The notes under the pieces are model-generated. The model was not told where the DNA came from. It ran no database searches and saw only the letters and a program-made list of their open reading frames with translations. From Candidatus Poribacteria bacterium (lineage in GTDB: Bacteria > Abyssobacteria > SURF-5): DNA of 64,000 nt. Below are positions 1 through 9,975 of this stretch, piece after piece. Location of the stretch: positions 3,733 through 67,732 of the forward strand of contig JACRIR010000135.1 of assembly GCA_016215705.1 (NCBI GenBank), written 5' to 3'. Position 1 is the stretch's first letter, and the number at the start of each line of letters is the position of its first letter. The position numbers were made by a program, and so were the translations under genes.

Positions 1-531
1 TTCAGCACGCTGCCGTTTCTCTCGCCTTTTCTCACGCGCATCGGCGCGGTCAGGGCATGTCAGGAAAACGCGGAGCGGCTGCTCGGAGAGGATCATCTCG
101 TGTGCGTATTCCCCGAAGGCGTCAAAGGTACGGGGAAGACTTTCAGCGAAAGATACAAATTGCAGAGATTCGGCAGGGGCGGCTTCATAAAGCTGTGCAT
201 GAAAATGAAGACGCCGCTCGTGCCCGTTGCGGTGATTGGCGCCGAGGAAATATACCCGATCATGGCCAAGTTCGAGTGGATCGGAAAGCCGTTCGGCCTT
301 CCCTATGTGCCCGTCACACCTTCTTGGCCGCTGCTGGGCCCCCTCGGGCTGATTCCACTGCCGAGCAAGTGGCGCATCAGATTCGGAAAACCTGTTCGTT
401 TCGACAAATATGGCCGCGAGGCGGCGCAAAACGACGTCCTGGTCAACAAGCTGAAGGAAGACGTTCGGAGCAAAATCCAGAATATGGTGGATGACTTGGT
501 GAAGAAACGCAGGTCCGTCTGGTTCGGCTAG
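1..531 (+). CDS. PlsC-family acyltransferase (1-acyl-sn-glycerol-3-phosphate acyltransferase-like), 5' end outside window
   Basis: Frame 1 is open from base 1 (FSTLPFLSPF...), so the listed 100..531 ORF is only the tail. Acyltransferase blocks VCVFPEGVKGTGK (FPEG) and PLVPVAVIGAEE are present. Stop TAG at 529-531. Confidence 0.7.
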   Translation, partial: FSTLPFLSPFLTRIGAVRACQENAERLLGEDHLVCVFPEGVKGTGKTFSERYKLQRFGRGGFIKLCMKMKTPLVPVAVIGAEEIYPIMAKFEWIGKPFGLPYVPVTPSWPLLGPLGLIPLPSKWRIRFGKPVRFDKYGREAAQNDVLVNKLKEDVRSKIQNMVDDLVKKRRSVWFG

Positions 532-878
532 CCGATCTTGACTTTTTGCGGCCGTTTTGCCTTGCTCTGCTTCTTGGAGCCCATCTCTTCCATCTCGCGC
601 TCGAGCACGGAGATGACTGCCTGAAGCACCTCCACCTTGGCTGTGCCGACGGGCGTGGCTGCTTCTTTCTTGCTCACGTGCTCCAACTCGGCCTGAAGCG
701 CCTCGATTATGGTAAGGTAAGTCTCTTTCCTGACGTCGGTCCGGCGGTTCCGTTCTGCCTCCTCCATTCTCTCGATGAGCGCGTCGAGAATCGAGCGAAG
801 GATGACAAACCCGTTCTTTACTAGCGGCAGAATCTCCTGAACAAAACCGTCGCTGACAGCCGATGTCTTCGGGCGCAT
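528..878 (-). CDS. hypothetical coiled-coil protein with Lys-rich tail
   Basis: 116-aa ORF starting 4 nt after the ArsA-like stop on the same strand. It is heptad-like and charged (EEAERNRRTDVRKE..., LEREMEEMGSKKQSKAKRPQKVK). No family recognised and no clear SD. Confidence 0.45.
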   Translation of the reverse strand: MRPKTSAVSDGFVQEILPLVKNGFVILRSILDALIERMEEAERNRRTDVRKETYLTIIEALQAELEHVSKKEAATPVGTAKVEVLQAVISVLEREMEEMGSKKQSKAKRPQKVKIG

Positions 879-882
879 GGGG

Positions 883-2046
883 TTATTTCCCGAACGTTAT
901 GTTGAGCGAGTCCCCCTCGAACTTGGCCTCGACAATCTGGGTCTGGGCCAAGCTTCGGGGCAATAGAATATTGCGGCGGTAATTGCTTACCTCAACTATG
1001 AGTTCCTCTCCGAGCACCCAGATATTGAGGTCCTTTTTCTCGGTTCCCGGCAGATGAATCGACATCATGTATCGTTCGTTCGTTTGCTTCGTCTTGATCG
1101 GAGGCTCTTTATAGAACACCTGGGATGGGTCCGTGTCGCCGAATACGTTGTCTGCGAAAGCGTGTAGCAGTTTGAGCCCCACCATCTCTCGGTCAAAGAG
1201 CTTTCCCATGAACATCGGGAGCGGATCAAATATCGTCTTCGCCTCAGCGAGATACTTCGCCTGCACGGCCCGCCAGCGCTCGAAGTAGGAATCGGCGATC
1301 TCCGCCGGATAAATCCGGTTTGCTATTACCGCGTCGACGGTGAACCCGAAAAGGTTCAAATAGCTGTAAGCCCGCTGGGATTCTTTGATGACCATTTTTT
1401 CGGGATTGAACACGAGCCTTATCGAGGAGTTCTTGGGATTGGTCAGGATTTCCTTCATACCCTCGACTTTATGAAAGAGCTCTTCGACTGAACTGTAAAC
1501 GTCGTCGGTGGGAAGCGGCACTTTCACAATGCGCTCCGCAATGGGCCTCACGGTCCTGACTATGCGGCGTTCGATGTCGAAGAAACGATCCATGTACCAG
1601 CGGATGACGTCCGGCATGCTCAGCATACGCACCGTGTTCGCTGTCGGCGCACAGTCAATTATCGCAACGTCGTACGACTCATTCTCAAAATACTCCCTTA
1701 ACTTCAGCAGGCTGAATAGCTCTTCCATACCCGGGAAAACCGCAAACTCCTCGGCCACCAGGTCCTCGAAACCACGACTCTTCAGGAACTTGGTCACATA
1801 TTTTTGTATGCGGCCCCAATTCTTCTTGAGCTCCTCGTTTACATTGATCTCTTCGGCCGTCAGGTTGTCGGATATCTTCTTGGGTTTTGCCCCAATCTTG
1901 CAGTCGAGCGAATCCGCAAGGCTGTGAGCGGGGTCGGTGCTCATGACGACGGTCTTCTTGCCCAACTCGGCGCACCGCACTGCGGTTGCCGCCGAAACTG
2001 TCGTCTTACCTACTCCACCTTTGCCTGTATAAAGAATTATTCGCAT
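883..2046 (-). CDS. ArsA/GET3-family P-loop ATPase with C-terminal HSP20-like domain
   Basis: Start moved to MRIILYTGKGGVGKTTVS (deviant Walker A GKGGVGKT). The C-terminal ~60 aa (MMSIHLPGTEKKDLNIWVLGEELIVEVSNYRRNILLP...) resemble an alpha-crystallin/HSP20 fold, as in the ArsA_HSP20 architecture. Confidence 0.85.
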   Translation of the reverse strand: MRIILYTGKGGVGKTTVSAATAVRCAELGKKTVVMSTDPAHSLADSLDCKIGAKPKKISDNLTAEEINVNEELKKNWGRIQKYVTKFLKSRGFEDLVAEEFAVFPGMEELFSLLKLREYFENESYDVAIIDCAPTANTVRMLSMPDVIRWYMDRFFDIERRIVRTVRPIAERIVKVPLPTDDVYSSVEELFHKVEGMKEILTNPKNSSIRLVFNPEKMVIKESQRAYSYLNLFGFTVDAVIANRIYPAEIADSYFERWRAVQAKYLAEAKTIFDPLPMFMGKLFDREMVGLKLLHAFADNVFGDTDPSQVFYKEPPIKTKQTNERYMMSIHLPGTEKKDLNIWVLGEELIVEVSNYRRNILLPRSLAQTQIVEAKFEGDSLNITFGK

Positions 2047-2156
2047 TGTTTCGCCTGTTGAGAACCGAAAGTTTGGGGGGAGGATGTCTTCTCGCCCCCG
2101 GTTGACCTCAGCAAATAAATTATTATACACGCTTCTGCTTCAATCTTCAAACCGAG

Positions 2157-5100
2157 TCAGGCTTTCACTTTTCTTAGTTTCGCGATATGGCGCACAATCG
2201 CTGTCGCCGAGTCCAGCGACTCATCGAACGATGCTTTTCCAATCGGCATGAGTAACTTCACGCCGCCTTCGATTTGGACTCGGAGCTTCTTGCCGAAAGC
2301 ATTCGACAAACTCACTAGCTCGGGTGACGCAAATCCCTTGTCGGGTGCGGGACGGAAGAGAACGTCGCCTGCAAGTTTCCCGATGAATTCGAGGCCGGCG
2401 GCGGCGCCCAGCACCCGGAGACGAGCTATCTTGAGGAGGTTCTCCGTCTCAAACGGGAGGGGGCCATAGCGGTCTGCTATTTCGTCCGCAATCGCACCGA
2501 TGTCCTCCTCAGTTTTCGCAAGTCCTATTTTCTTGTATAGGTCAAGTTTCTGAGCGGGCGAGGCGACATAGTCATCCGGAATAAAACAGTCCACGTCGAA
2601 CTCCGCCGTCGGCAGCAACAGTTTCTCGGGTTTCTGCCCTTTGAGTTCGGCCACGGCCTCTTCGACAAGCTGGCAGTACATCTCAAATCCGACTGCCGCG
2701 ATGTCGCCGTGCTGCTCAGCCCCAAGGATGTTGCCAGCGCCGCGTATCTCGAGGTCGCGGAGCGCTATCTTGAATCCGGACCCGAGTTCCGAAAACTCCT
2801 CTATAGCCTTGAGCCGTTTTTGGGCCACTTCGCTTAGAGCCTGGCGGCCTGGGATCAACAGATATGCGTATGCCCTGCGCGTGTAACGGCCGACTCGGCC
2901 CCGCAGTTGATATAAATCGGCCAGGCCGAATTTGTCGGCCCGATTGATAAGCATTGTGTTCACATTGGGGATATCGAGGCCGGATTCGATAATCGTGGTG
3001 CAGACCAGAACGTCAATTTGCCGCTCGAGGAATTGCAGCATAACCGACTGGAGTTCGCGCTCGTCCATTTGACCGTGCGCAATCCCGAGCCGCGCCTCGG
3101 GGACAAGCCTCCGCAGGAACGCGGACATCCTGTCTATTGTTTCCACCCGGTTGTGGACAAAGAAGACCTGGCCTTCCCTCGCCATTTCTCTCAAGACAGC
3201 GTCACGGATCAGCTTGTCGTTGAACTCCGTTACGACCGTGATGACGGCAAGCCTGTCCTCTGGAGCAGTGTTTATCACGCTCATGTCGCGTATGCCCATG
3301 AGCGCCATGTGGAGCGTCCGCGGGATGGGGGTCGCCGTTAGCGTGAGCACGTCCACCAGCTTGCGGAGCTTCTTCAGCCGCTCCTTGTGCGCGACCCCAA
3401 AGCGCTGTTCTTCATCAATAATGACGAGTCCCAGGTTCTTGAAAGTGACATCATTCTGTATCAGCCGGTGGGTGCCGATAACTATGTCCACCTTGCCCGC
3501 GGCAAGGTCTGCAATAGCTTTCTTTTGCTCGGCCGCGGTTCTGAAGCGGCTCAGCATCTCGACGCCTACTGGGTAATCAGCAAGGCGCTCGCGGAACGTT
3601 GTGTAGTGCTGTTGGGCCAGTATCGTTGTCGGAACAAGGACGGCGACCTGCCGGGCCTCCATCACGCATTTGAACGCGGCCCGGAGCGCGACTTCCGTTT
3701 TGCCGTAGCCCACGTCTCCGCAAATGAGCCTGTCCATGGGCGAAGGCTTTTCCATGTCCAGCTTTACGTCTTCAATTGCCTGGAGTTGGTCTTCGGTCTC
3801 GCGGTATATGAATGCCTCCTCGAACTCGGCTTGCCAGGGCGCATCGGCCGAAAACGAGATGCCCGGAAGGACCTGCCGCGAGGCGTATAGATCAAGCAGT
3901 TCGCCGGCCATGTCGCGGATCGCGCGTCTCACTCGTTCCTGTACCTTGAACCAGGCTGTCCCGCCGAGTTTGTACAGCTTCGGCGGCTCGTCGTCCGAGC
4001 CAACGTATTTCTGCACAAGGTTCATCATGTTGACCGGGACATACAGCTTGTCGCCGCCGAGATATTCGAGCATGAGGAACTCGCTCTTCTGGTCGGGCAG
4101 ATAGGAAAGTCCCCGATAAATCCCGATGCCATGGTTCACGTGAACGATGTAATCGCCCACGCGCAGGTCGGTGAAATGAGAGATGGGTGCGCCTCCCTTG
4201 AACTTCCTTCGAGGGCGGCGATGTCCGTAGCGTCTGAATATCTCCTGATCGCTTGCGACAACCAGGCTGGTTTCGTCCGCCGCGAATCCGCTGCGCAATC
4301 TGCCAATGATAACCGACAACTGATGTTTCTCGTCAAATCGCGGGCCGGAGTGCGGGTTCATAGCAGCATCCTGGAGAATCTCGAGCAATCGTTTGCTTTC
4401 GCCCTCGTTGTTGCACACGAGCGCGACCTGATATCCTCCGTCGAGCCATTGCCCGAGTTTACTCATGAAAGTGTCAAGCTGGCCGGCGACAGGGTCGAGC
4501 GAGTTGGAATGGACCCCATAGTAATCGAACCGGCGAAAAGTTTCTGAACTCTGTTCGAACCGGCTCAGGCATACCGTCGGCCCTGTGAATTTGCCGAGAA
4601 CCTCGTCAAGGGTGGCCAGTGACTCGCGGGCCAGGTCGTACAAAGGAGCGAGATGCTCCTGGCTTGCTTCTTGCTCTATCAGAAGAGGCTCATCCCACGC
4701 GATAATTGAGTCTTTCGGCAGATAGTCGAGCAAAGAGGCATCACCGGCCGAGTCGACCCACCTGTTGCGCGGCATCATCTCCAGGCGCTCGAGATTCTCA
4801 AAGGAACGCTGCGTCACAACGTCGAATACCCGGATGGATTCGATTTCGTCTCCGAAGAATTCGAGACGCAAAGGGTCTTGCGAGCAAATGGGAAAGACAT
4901 CCACAATACCGCCGCGAATGCTGAACTCGCCGCGCGTCTCCACCATAGTGCATCTGTGGTATCCTCGTTCAACAAGAGTCAGGCTAAGGTCCTCAAGCGA
5001 CCATGTGTCGCCGACTCTTAGGCAGAGGACCGCCGGGGCTACGAGCGCCGGCCTCGGGAGTTTCTGCAGAATTGATCTGATGGGCGCCACTATGATCGGC

Positions 5101-5447
5101 CGCCTGTTGTTTTGATCCGGTCTTAAGAGAGCCCGAAGGGCGACGAGTCGTTCCGAGACGCTGGTGTCCGGCGGCAGCACTTCGGCGGGCGGCAGGTATT
5201 CCCTTGGCGGAAAGAGGAAGAGGCCGGCCGAATCGTGGAAGCTCTCGTAGTCACCCAATGCCGTTTCAGCGGCTTCCACTGTCGAGGTCACGTAAAGCAT
5301 TGGTCGTTCGAGGATGTCTGCCAGTTCGCCCGCAAACAGACGCGGCAGAGCGCCGCACAACCCGTGTATCCACACGTTTGTGTTATGGGACCGACATGCT
5401 TCGACGGTTTTCCCGAACGCTGAGAGTTTCCGTATTCTGCTTAACAT
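2157..5447 (-). CDS. mfd: transcription-repair coupling factor
   Basis: About 1095 aa with helicase motifs CGDVGYGKTEVA and IIDEEQRFGV, the CarD-like segment GDYIVHVNHGIGIY and a TRG region. Start set at MLSRIRKL (ATG 5447) because the longer ORF would overlap the dxs stop. Confidence 0.95.
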   Translation of the reverse strand: MLSRIRKLSAFGKTVEACRSHNTNVWIHGLCGALPRLFAGELADILERPMLYVTSTVEAAETALGDYESFHDSAGLFLFPPREYLPPAEVLPPDTSVSERLVALRALLRPDQNNRRPIIVAPIRSILQKLPRPALVAPAVLCLRVGDTWSLEDLSLTLVERGYHRCTMVETRGEFSIRGGIVDVFPICSQDPLRLEFFGDEIESIRVFDVVTQRSFENLERLEMMPRNRWVDSAGDASLLDYLPKDSIIAWDEPLLIEQEASQEHLAPLYDLARESLATLDEVLGKFTGPTVCLSRFEQSSETFRRFDYYGVHSNSLDPVAGQLDTFMSKLGQWLDGGYQVALVCNNEGESKRLLEILQDAAMNPHSGPRFDEKHQLSVIIGRLRSGFAADETSLVVASDQEIFRRYGHRRPRRKFKGGAPISHFTDLRVGDYIVHVNHGIGIYRGLSYLPDQKSEFLMLEYLGGDKLYVPVNMMNLVQKYVGSDDEPPKLYKLGGTAWFKVQERVRRAIRDMAGELLDLYASRQVLPGISFSADAPWQAEFEEAFIYRETEDQLQAIEDVKLDMEKPSPMDRLICGDVGYGKTEVALRAAFKCVMEARQVAVLVPTTILAQQHYTTFRERLADYPVGVEMLSRFRTAAEQKKAIADLAAGKVDIVIGTHRLIQNDVTFKNLGLVIIDEEQRFGVAHKERLKKLRKLVDVLTLTATPIPRTLHMALMGIRDMSVINTAPEDRLAVITVVTEFNDKLIRDAVLREMAREGQVFFVHNRVETIDRMSAFLRRLVPEARLGIAHGQMDERELQSVMLQFLERQIDVLVCTTIIESGLDIPNVNTMLINRADKFGLADLYQLRGRVGRYTRRAYAYLLIPGRQALSEVAQKRLKAIEEFSELGSGFKIALRDLEIRGAGNILGAEQHGDIAAVGFEMYCQLVEEAVAELKGQKPEKLLLPTAEFDVDCFIPDDYVASPAQKLDLYKKIGLAKTEEDIGAIADEIADRYGPLPFETENLLKIARLRVLGAAAGLEFIGKLAGDVLFRPAPDKGFASPELVSLSNAFGKKLRVQIEGGVKLLMPIGKASFDESLDSATAIVRHIAKLRKVKA

Positions 5448-5526
5448 GGCTCCGAACACACCAATACCCCACCTCTTCCCCCCAGATGGGGGTGAGGAAG
5501 GGTATGCCTTGTGGCAATTGATTATT

Positions 5527-7443
5527 TCAGTTCTTCCGGGGGTGTGTCTCGATTCTCGTGCCCAACAGCTTGTTGGCGGCATCGATCACACCCTGCGCGC
5601 TCAGCCCGTATTTCCTGAGAAGCGCCGAACGCGGGCCGTGCTCGATAAATCTGTCAGGGAAACCCAGCGTGGCAAAACTGACGGCCTTCTCCGGCTTCAG
5701 GCGCGTTATGAGTCCCATCAACCCGCTGCCGAATCCACCGGCAACAGTGCCGTCCTCAATGGTTATGATGCTTCGGGCCTTCTCAATGATCCGGCAATAT
5801 GACTTCTCGTCGAGCGGTTTTGCGAAACGCGCATTGACGAGGCCCGCATTTACGCCTTCGCGCGCCAGTTTTTCCACTGCCTGCAAACCGACGTCCACCA
5901 TGGCTCCCAGCGCGACGATCAGCAGGTCGTCGCCCTCCCGGATAACCTCGGGTCGGCCCATTTCAATCGGCAGGATAACCCCTTCCTGTGGAACTGATGC
6001 AGATGAATCACGGGGGTAGCGGATGGCCACGGGATGCGGCTGCTCGGTAGCCCAATCCAGCATTGACTTCAGTTCCACGCCGTTTTTAGGCGCCATGATA
6101 ACGATATTGGGAAGGCTTCGGAGAAACGCGACGTCAAACATTCCGTGATGCGTGGGGCCATCCTGGCCGACGGCGCCCGCCCGGTCAATGGCAAATGTCA
6201 CTGGCAGGTTTTGCAGGCAAACGTCGTGGAATATCTGGTCGTAGGCTCGTTGCAGAAAAGTGGAATAGACCGCAAAAACGGGGCGGAACCCTCCGGCGGC
6301 AAGCCCTGCCGCAAAGGTTACCGCATGCTGTTCGGCGATGCCGACGTCAAAGAAGCGATTCGGGAATTTCTCGGCGAATTCTTTCAGTCCCGTCCCCTCG
6401 GTCATTGCGGCCGTAATTGCGACTGTTTTCGGATTCTTCTTTGCAATCTCGACTATGTGTTTGCCGAAGACCTCGGAGTAGTGGGGGCAATGCTGCGAAT
6501 CGCCAGGCGGAGGCAGTGGCTCGCCTGTTTCTATCCGGAACGCGGGAATGCCGTGAAAGCTGCTGGGCTCTGCCTCGGCGTATTCATATCCTTTTCCCTT
6601 CTTCGTGAGAACATGGAACAAGATCGGGATTCTGAACGCGGCAATTTTTTGCAGGGTCTCGATCAGGATGTCGAGGTCGTGCCCATCGACGGGGCCGACG
6701 TATTTGAATCCCAACTCCTCAAATAATGACCCCGGCTTGAGCAGGCTGGCCGCGCTTTTCTGCAGGCGTTTGGCGGTCTGGAAGAGTTTGGAGCCGACCG
6801 CGGGTATCCGCTTGAGGATATACTCCACGTCGCCTTTGAATCTGTTATATGAGGAAGCAGTTATCAGACGGCTCAAATAGAGCGAGAGGGCGCCCACGCT
6901 TTGGGATATGGCCATCTCATTGTCATTCAAAACGACGATCAGGTCTTTCCCCATGTGGCCGACGTGGTTGAGCGCCTCGAATGCGAGGCCGCCGGTCATC
7001 GAACCGTCTCCGATGAGCGCGATCGTCTTGAAATTCTCTTTTGCGATATCGCGCGCGCACGCCATGCCGGCCATCGAGGAAATACTTGTGCTCGCGTGTC
7101 CGGTGGTAAAGCAGTCAAACTCGCTTTCATCCCGGTTGGGGAACCCGGCCAGCCCGCCAAGTGTGCGGAGCGTCTTGAAATCCTGCCGTCTGCCTGTGAT
7201 GAGTTTGTGCGCATAGGCCTGATGGCCTACGTCGAACACTATCTTGTCGTGCGGACAATTGAACACGTAATGGATTGCGAGTATGAGTTCTACTGCTCCG
7301 AGGCTCGAGGCAAGATGTCCGCCGCGGCAGGAAGTCGTCGCGATTATCTCCTGCCTTATTTCTTCCGCCAACTGCCGGAGTTGACTTACCGAAAGAGCCT
7401 TGAGGTCTTTGGGACTGTCTATTTTGTCGAGAAGCCTTTCCAT
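5527..7443 (-). CDS. dxs: 1-deoxy-D-xylulose-5-phosphate synthase
   Basis: 638 aa. N-terminus is MERLLDKIDSPKDLK. TPP-binding GDGSMTGG, GHASTSIS and a transketolase-like C-terminus are present. Confidence 0.95.
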   Translation of the reverse strand: MERLLDKIDSPKDLKALSVSQLRQLAEEIRQEIIATTSCRGGHLASSLGAVELILAIHYVFNCPHDKIVFDVGHQAYAHKLITGRRQDFKTLRTLGGLAGFPNRDESEFDCFTTGHASTSISSMAGMACARDIAKENFKTIALIGDGSMTGGLAFEALNHVGHMGKDLIVVLNDNEMAISQSVGALSLYLSRLITASSYNRFKGDVEYILKRIPAVGSKLFQTAKRLQKSAASLLKPGSLFEELGFKYVGPVDGHDLDILIETLQKIAAFRIPILFHVLTKKGKGYEYAEAEPSSFHGIPAFRIETGEPLPPPGDSQHCPHYSEVFGKHIVEIAKKNPKTVAITAAMTEGTGLKEFAEKFPNRFFDVGIAEQHAVTFAAGLAAGGFRPVFAVYSTFLQRAYDQIFHDVCLQNLPVTFAIDRAGAVGQDGPTHHGMFDVAFLRSLPNIVIMAPKNGVELKSMLDWATEQPHPVAIRYPRDSSASVPQEGVILPIEMGRPEVIREGDDLLIVALGAMVDVGLQAVEKLAREGVNAGLVNARFAKPLDEKSYCRIIEKARSIITIEDGTVAGGFGSGLMGLITRLKPEKAVSFATLGFPDRFIEHGPRSALLRKYGLSAQGVIDAANKLLGTRIETHPRKN

Positions 7444-7468
7444 GTAACGCTTACCTTATTTATTCCTC

Positions 7469-8413
7469 TTATGCCTTGCGATTTCCGACGATATCAGCGA
7501 TGGCCTCCAGCATACCGGCGCGAGGGCCGAAATCGGCCAAATGCTTCTTCGATTGCTCGATCAAGCTGAGGCAGCGCCGCCGCGATTCCGCCACTCCGAA
7601 AAGCCTCGGGTAGGTTGCCTTGTTGAGCGCAACGTCCGAGCGCGAGTCTTTTCCGGTTATTGATGAATCTGATTCCACGTCCAGAATGTCATCCGCGATC
7701 TGGAACGCGAGGCCGAGGCAGTGTCCGTATCCCGTCAGGCTCTTGAGTGTTTCCGTGTCCGTTCCTGCGATTATCGCCCCCATCCGGACGGAGGCGGTAA
7801 TAAGCGCGCCCGTCTTGTGGGAATGAATGTACTCGAGCGTAGGGAATTCCACTTCCTTTCCTGCCCACTCGATATCTGCAACTTGTCCGCCGATCATTCC
7901 CATTGTGCCGGCGGCATGGGCCATCTCATACACGAGCTTTGGAACGACCGACTCGTGACAGTTGGAGAGAGCCTCAAAGGCCAACGTGAGCAAAGCGTCA
8001 CCGGCCAATAGCGCGATGGCTTCCCCAAATTTCTTGTGAGTAGTTGGTATTCCCCTGCGAAGCTGGCCGTCGTCCATCGCCGGCAGGTCATCGTGAATCA
8101 GCGAATACGTGTGCACCATTTCCAGCGCGCAAGCGGCCGGCAAGGCTTCGGTTGTGTTGCCGCCGCAAAGCTCGTTGGTTGCCAGGAGGAGAACGGGCCT
8201 GATTCTCTTGCCGCCGGCAAAAACACTATAGCGCATTGCCTCACAAACCGACTCCTCCAGACCTTTGGTTTCGGGGAGCAGCCGACGGAGTTCCTTCTCG
8301 ACCATGAGGCCCCGGTCTTTCAGGTATTCCTCAAGGCTATTCGTCGAAGAGAGAGTCGGTGTGAGCGCCTTCTTTCCCTGATTGCTTCGACGCTTCCTGT
8401 CCCTGTTCGGCAA
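7469..8413 (-). CDS. ispA: (2E,6E)-farnesyl/geranylgeranyl diphosphate synthase
   Basis: Both polyprenyl synthase Asp-rich motifs are present (LIHDDLPAMDD and FQIADDILD). TTG start at 8413 is preceded by GAAGGAG plus a 7-nt spacer. The alternative ATG at 8305 lacks a good SD. Confidence 0.88.
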   Translation of the reverse strand: MPNRDRKRRSNQGKKALTPTLSSTNSLEEYLKDRGLMVEKELRRLLPETKGLEESVCEAMRYSVFAGGKRIRPVLLLATNELCGGNTTEALPAACALEMVHTYSLIHDDLPAMDDGQLRRGIPTTHKKFGEAIALLAGDALLTLAFEALSNCHESVVPKLVYEMAHAAGTMGMIGGQVADIEWAGKEVEFPTLEYIHSHKTGALITASVRMGAIIAGTDTETLKSLTGYGHCLGLAFQIADDILDVESDSSITGKDSRSDVALNKATYPRLFGVAESRRRCLSLIEQSKKHLADFGPRAGMLEAIADIVGNRKA

Positions 8414-8624
8414 ATTGAATCTCCTTCAAATCACCATGCTCGTCCCGCGTGAGCATGGCAACCTTTTTCTGAGCCTGTTTAAGTTTCTTGTCACAGAAAC
8501 GCGACAGTCGTATGCCTTCCTCGAACTTCTTGAGAGTCTCTTCGAGTGGAAGATTGCCTGCCTCCAATTGTTCTACGATCTTTTCGAGGTTGTCAAGCGC
8601 TTCCTCAAAGCTGGGTTCCGGCAC
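8337..8624 (-). CDS. xseB: exodeoxyribonuclease VII small subunit
   Basis: N-terminal SFEEALDNLEKIVEQLEAGNLPLEETLKKFEEGIRLSRFC is a typical XseB. It lies directly downstream of xseA and carries an unusual ~25-aa C-terminal extension. Confidence 0.9.
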   Translation of the reverse strand: MPEPSFEEALDNLEKIVEQLEAGNLPLEETLKKFEEGIRLSRFCDKKLKQAQKKVAMLTRDEHGDLKEIQFAEQGQEASKQSGKEGAHTDSLFDE

Positions 8625-8628
8625 TGAC

Positions 8629-9975
8629 CTAACCCTCCACTGTTTCCACGGCGCACCCCATCGAACCTTTATGGAGTCTCACACGCACGCGCTCACCCAC
8701 CTTGGCCGTTGCGCTGTCCCTAAGAATTTCTCCAGTGGACGTACGATAGGTTATCGAATATCCTCTGGCCAGAACCGCCAAGGGGCTCAAAGAATCCAAA
8801 TTTGCAGCCATCCCGGCAAGGTTCGCCTCGCGGGCCGCCAGGATATTGACCATGCGTTCTTTGAGCATCCGGGTGGCTGCAGAGAGACTTTCCAGTAGCG
8901 ACACGACCGTTCTGTCCGGCCTTACGGCAAGCAGCCTTTTGGATGCCGTCGATAACCGGATCAAAAGGTCACCTAGCCTGCGCTGCTGCAATTCAGTTAC
9001 TCGCTCGCACAAGTCGTCTAATTGCTGCTGATATTGAACCAGCATATCCGGCGCTCGCCGGAACCCGAAACTCGAGATTGCCAGGTCGAGCCGGTGCTCA
9101 AGCTCCGAGAAATGAGAATCGACCGCGCGAAATATCCGGTCGCGAATCTGCGCTATCTCGGAAATAACCGACTCGCGTTCTCTCACGACAAGCTCTGCGG
9201 CGGCGCTCGGTGTCGGCGCCCTGACGTCAGCGACGAAGTCGGCAATAGTGAAATCCACCTCGTGGCCGACGGCGGAAACGATGGGTGTCTCACACGCATA
9301 AATCGCACGCGCCACCATTTCCTCGTTGAATGCCCAGAGGTCTTCCAGGGATCCGCCTCCACGGCCGACGATTATGACATCGCAGTCACCTCGAGCGTCA
9401 AGCGTCTCGATACCGGCGGCTATTTCCGAGGCTGCCCCTTCGCCTTGAACGGCGGAAGGATACAATATCACTTCAACGGTGGAGAAGCGCCGGTCGATAA
9501 TGTTAAGGATATCGCGGATTGCCGCTCCGGTTGGTGACGTTACAACTCCGATCCGCTGCGGGAAACGGGGGAGAGGTTTCTTATGAGTTTCATCGAATAG
9601 CCCTTCCTCGCCGAGGCGCTTCTTGAGTTGCTCGAATGCGAGCTGGAGCGCTCCATAGCCGACGGGCTCGGCGGTAACGGCGACAAGCTGATAGTTTCCC
9701 CGTTTCTCATAGACTGTCAAGCGGCCGGCAATATTTACCTGTAGTCCGTCCTCAAGCCTGAATTTTAGCCGCGAAGCATCGCTCCGGAAAAAGACGATGC
9801 TAATCTGACTTTGGTCATCCTTCAGCGTGCAGTATACATGTCCCGAACCGTGCAATTTGCAGTTTGACACCTCGCCGCACACCCAAACGTGTCCGAAATT
9901 CTCCTCGAGCAACGCTTTGACAGTGCGCGTGAGTTCGGTAACTGTATAGATGCGCTCCGCGTCAATAAATCGCAT
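8629..9975 (-). CDS. xseA: exodeoxyribonuclease VII large subunit
   Basis: About 448 aa with an OB-fold N-terminus (YTVTELTRTVKALLE..VWVCGEVSN), a catalytic core and a coiled C-terminus. ATG at 9975 chosen over TTG at 9990. Confidence 0.9.
   Translation of the reverse strand: MRFIDAERIYTVTELTRTVKALLEENFGHVWVCGEVSNCKLHGSGHVYCTLKDDQSQISIVFFRSDASRLKFRLEDGLQVNIAGRLTVYEKRGNYQLVAVTAEPVGYGALQLAFEQLKKRLGEEGLFDETHKKPLPRFPQRIGVVTSPTGAAIRDILNIIDRRFSTVEVILYPSAVQGEGAASEIAAGIETLDARGDCDVIIVGRGGGSLEDLWAFNEEMVARAIYACETPIVSAVGHEVDFTIADFVADVRAPTPSAAAELVVRERESVISEIAQIRDRIFRAVDSHFSELEHRLDLAISSFGFRRAPDMLVQYQQQLDDLCERVTELQQRRLGDLLIRLSTASKRLLAVRPDRTVVSLLESLSAATRMLKERMVNILAAREANLAGMAANLDSLSPLAVLARGYSITYRTSTGEILRDSATAKVGERVRVRLHKGSMGCAVETVEG

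Noticed and set aside
5448-5582. N-terminal extensions of ORF-finder calls (mfd 5448-5582, beta-helix 13767-13874, DHOD-like 28682-28861, kinase 46114-46206, FHA 20667-20771, amrS 46318-46458, ArsA 2047-2130)
   Set aside because: The extensions lack homology-like sequence, cross repeat or spacer DNA, or overlap the upstream gene. Internal Mets with SD-like sequences give N-termini typical of each family.
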